Source: Candidatus Magasanikbacteria bacterium GW2011_GWC2_37_14
GTDB taxonomy: Bacteria > Patescibacteriota > Patescibacteriia > Magasanikbacterales > UBA922
Length of the DNA: 64,000 bases
Reading direction: 5' to 3'
NCBI GenBank assembly: GCA_000990355.1
Contig: LBSX01000004.1
Span: forward strand, 1,757-65,756
A program made the translations under genes and the position numbers. The notes beneath the pieces are model-generated. The model ran no database searches and had not been told where the DNA came from. It saw nothing but the letters and a program-made list of their open reading frames with translations. Positions 49,196 to 58,027 of the stretch are shown in pieces. Within the stretch, counting starts at the first letter, position 1; each line of letters opens with the position of its first letter.

Positions 49196-50590
49196 TTAGG
49201 CCCGAGCAAATAGCTGGTTTTTGAGAGAAGAAAAAAGTTTTTTTAATTTATAAAAAGTTTCTTGGGCATATTCTCTGGCTACATAAAAAGCGAAGTGGCT
49301 GTAAGGATGTTTGATCGTGTAAATAAGTTTTGCTTTGTTAAATTTTTTTACAGCTTTTCTTTGCAAAGTAACAATTTCTTCTTTGGTAAAATTTTCAGTT
49401 TCAAAACAAGGATCAAATCTAGTGAAATCAAAGTCTCGATCTATTTCATATCCCATATTAATCGTTTGATCATAAATTTCAGTATTGGGAAGTGGGGTGA
49501 GAACAGAAAATTGGGCGTCATAGGGCAAAATCTGGCAAGCAAAATCAATGGTGTCTTCGATCATTTTTTTTGTTTCCCAGGGAAAGCCAATCATCATATA
49601 AGCTTTGGAAACTATACCAACTTTTCTACATAAAGACATGGCCTTTGCCGATTCCTCAGGTTTAATCATTTTATTTATTCTTAGAAGTGTTTCCGGAGAA
49701 CTAGATTCAATACCAAAAGCAATTTCTTGACAGCCAGCTTTTTTCATTAGCCGCATTAAATATTCATCTAAGACATTTACTCGGGATAGGCAACGCCACA
49801 ATATTTTTAATTTTTTTTCTAATATTAAATTACAAATATCAATTAGCCTTTGTTTATCGACTGTAAAATTATCATCATAAATTATAAAAGCCCGATAATT
49901 AAAAGTATTGTATAAGTATTCAATTTCAGCTATTACGTTTTTGGCACTACGGCGTCTATAAATTTTTCCATGAAAGTCATGGAAACAAAAAGAACATCTA
50001 AATGGACAACCACGAGAAGTTATAATGTTGGTAGCTTTTTTTAGAAAGAATTTAGAGTTATATCTTGGTAGATTAAATATTGATCGATCTACTATTGGTA
50101 TTGTATCAAGGTCTTTGATTATTGGTTCTGCTTCACTAGTAATTACTTCTTCGCCTTTTTTGTACACCAAATTGGTCACTTGTTCTAATGATATTTTTTC
50201 ATCTAAATAATCTAGCAGTTTAAGAAAAGTTTTTTCACTTTCACCTTTAAGGACAAAAGTTTTAATTTGTTCAACAGTTTTTCTTTTTAAATATTCTTCG
50301 GGTTCAGAAGTTGATTGGGGGCCACCGAATACCACATTGTAGTCTTTTAGTAGCTCAGCAATTTTAAGAGCTTCTTTTTTTGAACGAATAGTTGAAGTAA
50401 TACCTACTAATTTTGGATTATGTTGTTTGATTTCCACAATTAAATCAGCATATTTTTTTTGTTCTATTTCTAAATCTATAATTTTAACACTGTGTCCGGC
50501 AACTTTTGCTACTGTACCAATATAGCCCAGGCCCAAAGGAGGAAAGTTGTCATAGCCTACAGTTTTTGGTTGAATTAAACAAATATTCAT
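49196..50590 (-). CDS. B12-binding domain radical SAM enzyme (second copy)
   Basis: N-terminal B12-binding-like region. SRGCPFRCSFC CxxxCxxC motif. Confidence 0.7.
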   Translation of the reverse strand: MNICLIQPKTVGYDNFPPLGLGYIGTVAKVAGHSVKIIDLEIEQKKYADLIVEIKQHNPKLVGITSTIRSKKEALKIAELLKDYNVVFGGPQSTSEPEEYLKRKTVEQIKTFVLKGESEKTFLKLLDYLDEKISLEQVTNLVYKKGEEVITSEAEPIIKDLDTIPIVDRSIFNLPRYNSKFFLKKATNIITSRGCPFRCSFCFHDFHGKIYRRRSAKNVIAEIEYLYNTFNYRAFIIYDDNFTVDKQRLIDICNLILEKKLKILWRCLSRVNVLDEYLMRLMKKAGCQEIAFGIESSSPETLLRINKMIKPEESAKAMSLCRKVGIVSKAYMMIGFPWETKKMIEDTIDFACQILPYDAQFSVLTPLPNTEIYDQTINMGYEIDRDFDFTRFDPCFETENFTKEEIVTLQRKAVKKFNKAKLIYTIKHPYSHFAFYVAREYAQETFYKLKKLFSSLKNQLFARA

Positions 50591-51939
50591 AGGTTTGTTG
50601 TTTCTAGTGATTTCTTAGTAGTTTCTTTTAATGATATTATTGTTGCTAATACTAAATTAAAAATGCCAGCTAATAGTTTTCCGGTCATGATTCCTATAAT
50701 TCCCAGTGGGCTTAACAAAACAATTGCCGAAATTTGAATAATGGAACTGGTTATGGATAAATGTAATATTTTTTTCTGACTTTTTTTGGCGTATAAAACC
50801 GAGTAGGGAATAATAGTCGCCGAAGTAATTAAAATTAATGAATAAATTTGTGAATAAGCAATTGATTCAAGATAATTAGGGAAAAATAGTTTATAAATTA
50901 TAGGAGAGATTATTATATAAATAATAATTAGTGGGATAATAATAAAAATTAATTTGAGTATTGAGGGGAGTATTTTAGCTTGCCAATTTTTTTTATCGGA
51001 ATTTAAAAATTTTGTAAAAACCATTATTTGTAAAGACCTTAGCATGTCTTTCATTATTTCTGGTGGAATAACTGCAAAAAGAAAAATAGCTACCTCTTTG
51101 GCTCCCAGGTAATGGAAGATCAGTATTTTATCAAATTGTTCAGAGATTGTTTCTAGAGCGTTAATGACTGACAAATTTTTTCCATATTTAACAATTGATT
51201 TGCCGGTTGTTAAGTTGGAAGTTATCTCAGGGTTTGGGTCATTTTTTATTTTTTTAAATGTAAATTTTAGTATTATTAAATTGGTAAGAGTAATAACTGT
51301 AAAATAAACAATTAGCAAAGTAAGTATGTTGGTTGTTTGTGTAATGGTAATTATCATTGCTAAAAGATAAACTATTTTGCTAATAGTTTGGTAATAGTTT
51401 AGTTTTTTAAATTCATTTTTTCCATTAAGAATATTTACATAAATAGTAGAAGAATAAAAAAGAGGTATAAAAAAACTACTAATTAAAAAGCAAGTGAACA
51501 AAAGATTGTCGCCTTGGTAATAATAATATGCAGATAATAAGATACTAACAACTGTGCCAATAATTCCATATTGATTTTTTTTCCAAAAACAAAATAAAAT
51601 ATCTTTTTTTGTTGTCCCGGTAATCACTGCTTGGGTTATGGCTGTGGACATTCCTTGCAAAGTTATAATGGCAATTACTCCTATTACCGATAAGATAAAT
51701 TTGTATAATCCATAAGTTTCTTTAGGTAGATTATGGGCAATAAAGACTGATAAAACAAAATTAATTAAAGCCCCAATAATTTGGTTGGAAGTAAGCCAAA
51801 AACTGCCTTTGGCAAAATAAAGCATGTCAATTCGGGTGTATTTTTGGCTCCAAATTAGCGCTGTCTTGATTTTTTCTCTAATTTTGTTAAAATTCATATG
51901 TTCGTTTTTAATTTTAGCATAAATAGGCTTAAAAGCCAA
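50587..51939 (-). CDS. Wzx-type polysaccharide/O-unit flippase (MOP superfamily)
   Basis: About 12-14 TM helices, no soluble domain, typical Wzx length. Confidence 0.55.
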   Translation of the reverse strand: MAFKPIYAKIKNEHMNFNKIREKIKTALIWSQKYTRIDMLYFAKGSFWLTSNQIIGALINFVLSVFIAHNLPKETYGLYKFILSVIGVIAIITLQGMSTAITQAVITGTTKKDILFCFWKKNQYGIIGTVVSILLSAYYYYQGDNLLFTCFLISSFFIPLFYSSTIYVNILNGKNEFKKLNYYQTISKIVYLLAMIITITQTTNILTLLIVYFTVITLTNLIILKFTFKKIKNDPNPEITSNLTTGKSIVKYGKNLSVINALETISEQFDKILIFHYLGAKEVAIFLFAVIPPEIMKDMLRSLQIMVFTKFLNSDKKNWQAKILPSILKLIFIIIPLIIIYIIISPIIYKLFFPNYLESIAYSQIYSLILITSATIIPYSVLYAKKSQKKILHLSITSSIIQISAIVLLSPLGIIGIMTGKLLAGIFNLVLATIISLKETTKKSLETTNL

Positions 51940-51953
51940 TTACTTTAGGGTTT

Positions 51954-52697
51954 ATGAAAAAAATAGGAATAATCGGTGGCTCGGGTTTAGAAAATTTAGA
52001 GTTAACGGGAAAAGTTCAAAATTTGGTTGTTAATACTCCTTATGGCAGTGTGCCTTTAAAAATTATTAGTTTTTCTGAAAAAGAAATAGTTATTTTGTCT
52101 CGTCATGGTATCAATCACATTATTCCTCCCACGCAAATTAATTTTCGGGCCAATATTTTTGCTTTAAAAGAATATGGTTGCGATTGTGTTTTGGCCACCA
52201 CTGCTGTAGGCTCTTTGCGCGAAGAAATCAAACGAGGTGATTTGGTAATTCTGGATCAATTTATAGATTTTACCAAACATCGCTTGGCTACTTTTTATGA
52301 ATCATTTGAACCAAATAAACCTGTGCATACGGCTATGGCTGATCCTTTTTCCGTATTTTTAAGAGAAAAATTAATTGAGAATTGTCAGAAATTAAATTTT
52401 TCGTTTCATAAAAAAGGTACAGTGGTAACTATCGAAGGTCCGCGTTTTTCTACGAGAGCCGAAAGCAAAATGTTTAAAATGTGGGGAGCCGAGGTAATTA
52501 ATATGAGCACTGCTCCTGAAGTAATTTTGTGTAATGAAGTAGGTTTGCCTTATGCCTCCGTAGCTATGTCCACAGATTATGATTGTTGGAAAGAAGATGA
52601 AGAACAAGTGTCTTGGGAAGGAATTGCTAAAATTTTTGGGGAAAATGTAAAAAAAGTTACTGATTTGCTAGAAGCAACAATTTTAAGTTTAGAATAA
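51954..52697 (+). CDS. mtnP: S-methyl-5'-thioadenosine phosphorylase / purine nucleoside phosphorylase family
   Basis: N-terminal KIGIIGGSGL. PNP fold motifs (VVTIEGPRFSTRAES, GAEVINMSTAPE). Confidence 0.7.
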   Translation: MKKIGIIGGSGLENLELTGKVQNLVVNTPYGSVPLKIISFSEKEIVILSRHGINHIIPPTQINFRANIFALKEYGCDCVLATTAVGSLREEIKRGDLVILDQFIDFTKHRLATFYESFEPNKPVHTAMADPFSVFLREKLIENCQKLNFSFHKKGTVVTIEGPRFSTRAESKMFKMWGAEVINMSTAPEVILCNEVGLPYASVAMSTDYDCWKEDEEQVSWEGIAKIFGENVKKVTDLLEATILSLE

Positions 52698-52699
52698 AT

Positions 52700-53233
52700 A
52701 TGAATGATTTTATAAAAGAAAAAATTAGAACTATACCTAATTGGCCAAAAGCAGGGGTAATGTTTAGAGATATTACTACGTTGTTAAAAGATCCTGCTGG
52801 TTTTCAAGAAGTAATGAAACTTTTTTTTGAACGTTTTCAGAATGAAAAAATAGACAAAATTGTTGGTGTGGAATCTCGGGGTTTTATTATTGGTGGGGCT
52901 TTGGCCGATAGATTAAAAATTGGTTTTGTGCCAGTACGTAAAATTGGCAAGTTGCCAGCCGAAACTATTACCGAAGATTATGAATTAGAATATGGCAGTA
53001 ACAAATTACAGATTCATCTTGATGCTATAAACCCTGGAGAAAAGATTTTAATTATTGATGATTTGTTGGCTACTGGTGGAACAGCTTTGGCGACTTGTAA
53101 GCTAGTTAAAAATTTAGGAGGAGAAATTGTGGAATGTGCTTTTATCATAAATTTGCCCGATTTAGGTGGAAGTGATAAACTTAAAAAACATGATTTTAAA
53201 GTTTTTAATTTAGTGGAATTTTTAGGTGAATAA
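52700..53233 (+). CDS. apt: adenine phosphoribosyltransferase
   Basis: PRPP-binding motif ILIIDDLLATGGTALA. Size 177 aa. Confidence 0.8.
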   Translation: MNDFIKEKIRTIPNWPKAGVMFRDITTLLKDPAGFQEVMKLFFERFQNEKIDKIVGVESRGFIIGGALADRLKIGFVPVRKIGKLPAETITEDYELEYGSNKLQIHLDAINPGEKILIIDDLLATGGTALATCKLVKNLGGEIVECAFIINLPDLGGSDKLKKHDFKVFNLVEFLGE

Positions 53234-53253
53234 TTGGTTGTGCCATTTATCCA

Positions 53254-53428
53254 CACCCTCATCTTTACCAATTACGGAGGGTGATCATAAATTGAGTATA
53301 AGACGTTTCTGTTTTTTATCATTTTTGATAAAAAACAGAAACGTCTTACTATCAAAGTTATTCGCAATGGGATATATTTGGCAGGTTGTTTCCAGATTAG
53401 TATAATTATTATACTAATCTGGAAACAA
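53254..53428. repeat. three intergenic hairpins, including two long perfect palindromes
   Basis: caccctc...gagggtg. 19-bp stem taagacgtttctgtttttt/aaaaaacagaaacgtctta (53299-53348). 19-bp stem ttgtttccagattagtata/tatactaatctggaaacaa (53386-53428). Confidence 0.7.
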
Positions 53429-53509
53429 TTGTATAATTGAAGAATTAGAGGAAAAAGCAAAAAATTTTCTTATCAGACAAAAATTAAGTGGAAAGTATAA
53501 TTTGCGCCT

Positions 53510-54673
53510 ATGTTTAAAAAAATAAATAGTGATTATACTTATAATTTTTCGGTTGAAGAAGAAGGTCTTTATTCAATTTCTATTTCTGCTACTTGTAAAA
53601 AAAAGAATTATTTAAGAGTAGAAATTGATGACTTGGCTTTAAAAGGTTTATTACCAAAGAGCAAGAATGAACATTTTAATATTCCACCTGCCTGGAATGG
53701 TAATGAATTGAAAGGTGTTTTGAAGACAGTTGTTTTTATTTTAAAATTGTCTAAAGGCAAACAAAGTTTAAAATTTGTTCCCAAAGGAGAAGCAGAGATT
53801 AGTTTTGAACCTGAAGTAGTTTTGTTGGCTAAAAGTGGTTTAATAACCCTATTTAAAGATCTTAAAAGTGAAGAAAGAAATTGTCAACCGTGGATAACTG
53901 TAGCCCTAATTAATTTGCCTTTGCCAATTTTGGATGCTTCAATTAGTTGTCAAAAAAAGTTTTTAGATAGTGACGAGGCTAAATTAATCATCGATGGTCA
54001 AATTCAAAAAAATACCCAAACTATTTTGCGAGGAAAAAATTGGTTTTGGAGGGGTTGGCAGCTTAAAGGAAAAATTTTGACTTCTAGATTTTATCCAAAT
54101 TTACCAGCGGGGGTTCACTATATAGAATTATGGGCAGACAGAACACCGATTTTAAAAAGTTTGGATATCCTAGTAGTTAAAGAAGTTTCAATAAAAAGAA
54201 TTCCCACAGTTGAGAACCCCGAGTGGACTGGCAATTTTCTTGATGATCCAGAGGAAATTATATTAGCTAGATTAATTTTTGGAGAAGCTAATAATCAACC
54301 ATCTGAAGCCAAAGTTTGGGTTGGCTGGTCGGTGATTAACAGAACAAAAGCAAAATCGTGGTGGCCGGATAATATTCACGGTGTTGTCTTGCAAATTGGT
54401 CAATATGACGCTTTTAAATTGAGTGACAGAAATTTTTCTAAAATCATCAATCCTTTGGGTTTTAATAATGTTGGTCAATCAGATAAAAAAAGTTGGTATG
54501 AATGTTATGAAATTGCTGAGAAAATTATTTTAGGAAAAATTGAAAATCCGACAGAAGCAACCCATTTTCATGGTGTTGGAGTTAGTAAAGATTGGTTCGA
54601 AAAACATCAAGTTCCAAAGGGAAATTTTTTAAAAAAAATAGGTGATACTTACTTTTATTGGAGTCCGAATTAA
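53510..54673 (+). CDS. cell-wall hydrolase with SleB/Hydrolase_2-like domain
   Basis: ILARLIFGEANNQPSEAKVWVGWSVINR matches the SleB-family core. N-terminal domain unassigned. Confidence 0.5.
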   Translation: MFKKINSDYTYNFSVEEEGLYSISISATCKKKNYLRVEIDDLALKGLLPKSKNEHFNIPPAWNGNELKGVLKTVVFILKLSKGKQSLKFVPKGEAEISFEPEVVLLAKSGLITLFKDLKSEERNCQPWITVALINLPLPILDASISCQKKFLDSDEAKLIIDGQIQKNTQTILRGKNWFWRGWQLKGKILTSRFYPNLPAGVHYIELWADRTPILKSLDILVVKEVSIKRIPTVENPEWTGNFLDDPEEIILARLIFGEANNQPSEAKVWVGWSVINRTKAKSWWPDNIHGVVLQIGQYDAFKLSDRNFSKIINPLGFNNVGQSDKKSWYECYEIAEKIILGKIENPTEATHFHGVGVSKDWFEKHQVPKGNFLKKIGDTYFYWSPN

Positions 54674-55178
54674 AGAAAATATGATGTACAAATTTGGCAA
54701 AATTATTTTCTTTTTCATATTATTTTTAATCTTTGGTTTAACCATTGTTTTTTCAATTTGTCCTTCTTTATTAGTTTATATATACAGAGGTGATGATGAA
54801 AAAACTATTTGGGTTGAAACAAAATATTTCCCAATTAAAAAAAATATTTTCAGCACAAATTATTTGATAGCACCAAATGTGGAATGGTCACCTAATGGTA
54901 CATATTTTTCTTTTTATGATTATGTGAGACTAGAATGGGCTACTAAAGAATGGGCGTTAAAGATTATTAATGCCAGAACTTTTAGAATAAAAACTATTTT
55001 CATAGGTGATTATAAAACTAGTGAATATAAATGGATTGATAATGAAAATGTAAGGGTCTATGAAGATGCTGGTAGTGGAGTAAGAATTTATCGGGACATA
55101 AATATTAATGTACCTGAACCATTTATTGCTACTGATCATGCTTCACCGGAATATTGGACACCAGAAAAAACATTTTAA
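54642..55178 (+). CDS. hypothetical membrane-anchored protein
   Basis: N-terminal TM helix. ORF only. Confidence 0.3.
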   Translation: MILTFIGVRIKENMMYKFGKIIFFFILFLIFGLTIVFSICPSLLVYIYRGDDEKTIWVETKYFPIKKNIFSTNYLIAPNVEWSPNGTYFSFYDYVRLEWATKEWALKIINARTFRIKTIFIGDYKTSEYKWIDNENVRVYEDAGSGVRIYRDININVPEPFIATDHASPEYWTPEKTF

Positions 55179-55220
55179 TTTTTTAAATTAATATTTTATT
55201 TATAGTGAATTTATTGAACT

Positions 55221-56711
55221 ATGAAAATACTTTATATTGGTTCGGGGTTTGTGGGTGCTTGTAGTGCGGCGGTATCGGCCGACAGTGGCCACGAGACTTT
55301 GGTCTACGATATTGATCAAAGAAAAATTGATCTTTTGTCGTCTGGCGATCGTGATACCATTCAATCTTGCCTATACGAAGAAGGGCTAGGGGATTTGCTT
55401 ATTCGTAATCGCGAACGAATTAAATTTACTACCGATTATGCGCTTGTGGAAGAGTTTTTAAATACGGCCGAAGCAGTTTTTATGTGCTTGCCTACGCCAG
55501 AAATTGGTGAAACTGGTGAGAGTAATTTAAGTTATTATTTTTCTGCTGCCGAAAAATTGGCTGAGAGTCTTTTGAAACGCAATAAAAATAAGCAAACTCA
55601 ATACATCGTGATTATCAACAAGAGCACTGTGCCAATTGATATGATAAATAAAACTGCGGAAATTATGGATAAAAGCCAAGTAAAAAATTATGGTGTGGTT
55701 TCTAACCCAGAATTTTTGGTAGAAGGCAAAGCAGTGCAAGATTCACTTCACCCCGATCGCGTGGTAGTAGGTGCTTGGACCGAAAAAGATTTTGCGATTA
55801 TGCGTCAAGTTTATAATCGTTTTTATAATTCGGCAAATGTAAAATATTTGGAAGTAAATCCCAAAGAAGCGGCGGCCGGAAAATTATTGGCCAATTTTAC
55901 TTTGTTTAATAAATTGGCAATTTGTTTTGATGTAATTGGCCGTACTTGTGAAACTTTTAGCGATTTAAAATTTGAAAATTTACGGCAGATTTTAACTAGC
56001 GACCCTCGTATTGGCACTTGGGGTATGTATGATAGTTTGTATGCTGGTGGTAGTTGTTTTATCAAAGATGCGCGTTCATTGTCGCACCAATTACAAACTG
56101 CGGGGCAAAACGCGGTAATGGTCAATGAAACTTATTTGGCCAACAAGCGCCAATTGGAATTGTTTATGAGTCGGGCAGAGAAAGAAGTCCTTCGACCAGC
56201 TCAGGATAAATCTAATTTTTCTTGGACTGGTAAAAAAGTTGCCTTACTTGGTTTGGCTTTTAAACAAGCCACCAATGATATTCGTAATTCTCCGGCAATT
56301 GATATTGTACGGATTTTACAAGAAAAACAAGTAGGTGAGATTCGTTGTTTTGATCCAGCGGCAATGTTTTGGTTTAAAACAATATTTCCCGAAAATGAAC
56401 AGATGAAGTATTGTGAGAGTGAGGTAGATTGTCTTGGTTCGGTCTCCCCCTTAACAAAGGGGGACGAAGGGGGATATTCGCCAACAACCCCCCAACCCCC
56501 CTTTATTAAGGGGGGGAATAGTGACTGTATTGTTGACGTTGTCATCATCGCCACAGACTGGCCACAATTTAGAAATTTAACTACTAGTTTATTAAATTTA
56601 AAAAACAAACCACTTATAATGGACGGCCGGCGCATGCTCTCGGGAGATTACGAAAAATTAAAAGAAAATGGTTTTGTAGTTATTCCAGTTGGGGGACAGG
56701 TAGTGAAGTAA
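55221..56711 (+). CDS. ugd: UDP-glucose 6-dehydrogenase with in-frame mini-hairpin insertion
   Basis: MKILYIGSGFVGACSA (NAD binding), catalytic GGSCFIKD, C-terminal UDP-binding domain. Inserted peptide SPLTKGDEGGYSPTTPQPPFIKGGNS. Confidence 0.8.
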   Translation: MKILYIGSGFVGACSAAVSADSGHETLVYDIDQRKIDLLSSGDRDTIQSCLYEEGLGDLLIRNRERIKFTTDYALVEEFLNTAEAVFMCLPTPEIGETGESNLSYYFSAAEKLAESLLKRNKNKQTQYIVIINKSTVPIDMINKTAEIMDKSQVKNYGVVSNPEFLVEGKAVQDSLHPDRVVVGAWTEKDFAIMRQVYNRFYNSANVKYLEVNPKEAAAGKLLANFTLFNKLAICFDVIGRTCETFSDLKFENLRQILTSDPRIGTWGMYDSLYAGGSCFIKDARSLSHQLQTAGQNAVMVNETYLANKRQLELFMSRAEKEVLRPAQDKSNFSWTGKKVALLGLAFKQATNDIRNSPAIDIVRILQEKQVGEIRCFDPAAMFWFKTIFPENEQMKYCESEVDCLGSVSPLTKGDEGGYSPTTPQPPFIKGGNSDCIVDVVIIATDWPQFRNLTTSLLNLKNKPLIMDGRRMLSGDYEKLKENGFVVIPVGGQVVK

Positions 56712-56722
56712 AAAATTATTTT

Positions 56723-56760
56723 GTAGAGACGTCCCGAATGCGGGACGTCTCTATTTTATT
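56723..56760. terminator. intrinsic terminator after ugd
   Basis: agagacgtcccg-aat-gcgggacgtctct followed by a T-run. Confidence 0.6.
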
Positions 56761-56761
56761 A

Positions 56762-56790
56762 TTGACAAAAATATTTTTTAGTGTTTAAAT
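56762..56790 (+). promoter_or_regulatory. sigma-70-like promoter ahead of GC-rich ORF
   Basis: TTGACA (56762-56767), 17-nt spacer, TTAAAT. GAGGGA SD lies 6 nt before the ATG at 56822. Confidence 0.45.
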
Positions 56791-56821
56791 TAGTTTGCGT
56801 GAACCACGTCCCGAGGGACAA

Positions 56822-57139
56822 ATGGCCAAGGCGAAGTTGCCCTTCCTGTTGCGTTTGGACTTGGGGGAACCCATTCCTTTCTACCCCCAGAGTCCGGTGT
56901 GTACCGAGCCCAAGAGCAAGCGGCGCTACCTCTTGCTCTGCACGAGCTTGATGGTTGGGGTGCTCACCTTCATCGAGAACCCCGCCAAGATCGTGCACTC
57001 CGACGGCGGGCTCGCCAAGCTGATGTTGCCCAAGGGCGCCAAGCCCGGCGACAAGCTGATCCCTGTGCGCAGGAGCCACAAGTTCAAGTGCTACTGGGCC
57101 AGGATCGCTGCGCCCACCACCACCACCACCAAGCGCTAG
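56822..57139 (+). CDS. small (105 aa) protein of unknown function encoded in a compositionally foreign GC-rich island
   Basis: Strong GC3 codon periodicity (AAG, GCC, CCC, ATC, GAG) in this frame only. Ends in a Thr5 run. No recognisable family. Confidence 0.45.
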   Translation: MAKAKLPFLLRLDLGEPIPFYPQSPVCTEPKSKRRYLLLCTSLMVGVLTFIENPAKIVHSDGGLAKLMLPKGAKPGDKLIPVRRSHKFKCYWARIAAPTTTTTKR

Positions 57140-57361
57140 GTGCGCGCCATGCTCTTTTCTACTGGACCGCCCTGTCTTGTACGATTATTCAATTGTACAG
57201 CAGGCCAAGACCACATCCCCAGCCTGTTTAGTTTTTAAAAGATTAAAAATTGAGCAGGCCTGCCTGCCGGTAGGCAAGGAGAAATAGGGATGTGGTTTTT
57301 GTTTTAGTTAATTTTTTTGAAGCGATTATTTTTTTGTGATATAATATTGTCATTATTTTTT

Positions 57362-57514
57362 TCTGTCATGCTGAACTCGTTTCAGCATCTTCGCGTCATT
57401 CCCGTGTAGACGGGAATCTTACAAACAAAAAAAGATCTCCGCCTACGCGGAGATGACGCATAAAAAAGATTCTGAAACCTGCCTGCCGGTAGGCAAGGTA
57501 AATTCAGGATGACA
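57362..57514. mobile_element. MITE-like element, family 1 (copy H, nested inserts)
   Basis: TGTCATGCTGAACTCGTTTCAGCATC, then GTCATTCCCGTGTAGACGGGAATC hairpin, then AGATCTCCGCCTACGCGGAGATGACG hairpin, then GATTCTGAAACCTGCCTGCCGGTAGGCAAGG...TTCAGGATGACA. Confidence 0.7.
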
Positions 57515-57529
57515 ATGTAACAAAACAAT

Positions 57530-58018
57530 ATGTTTAATAAAAAAAATTTCTTGGTGACAATAATTATTATTGTGGCAGTATTGTTGGTAGGTGGCGGGGT
57601 AACGTGGTACAAAAATTGCCAAGAGTATGTAAAAAGAGGTTTGGCAAAAAACACTTTTCCGTACACAAAATATAATCAAGATGAGTTGAATAGTTTGTAT
57701 TCACAATACCCATTGGAAAATGTGGCTACTACTCAAACTCCCGAACAAACTTATCAAAAATTTAGAGAATATTTAAAAAATCAAGATATTGATGGGGCAT
57801 TGAGTTTGATTTTTGAACGTTATCGAGCAGAATATAAAAAAGCTTTTGAAAAAGCAAAAAATGAGGGCAAAGTTTTAGAATTGTATAAAGCCTTGCCTGA
57901 AACTTTACAAAAAGTTAGTTGTTATGACACGATTTGTACTTACAAAATTGGAAATAAAGATGTTGAAGTTGAATTTGTGAAAAATTTGCAAGGTGTTTGG
58001 TTGATTGAATCAATTTAA
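57530..58018 (+). CDS. hypothetical membrane-anchored protein
   Basis: N-terminal TM. ORF only. Confidence 0.3.
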   Translation: MFNKKNFLVTIIIIVAVLLVGGGVTWYKNCQEYVKRGLAKNTFPYTKYNQDELNSLYSQYPLENVATTQTPEQTYQKFREYLKNQDIDGALSLIFERYRAEYKKAFEKAKNEGKVLELYKALPETLQKVSCYDTICTYKIGNKDVEVEFVKNLQGVWLIESI

Positions 58019-58027
58019 AATACCAAT

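Noticed and set aside
56759-57231. Alternative-frame ORFs in the GC-rich island (56759-57079 minus, 56899-57231 plus).
   Set aside because: Only the 56822-57139 frame shows third-position GC periodicity. The others are open by composition.
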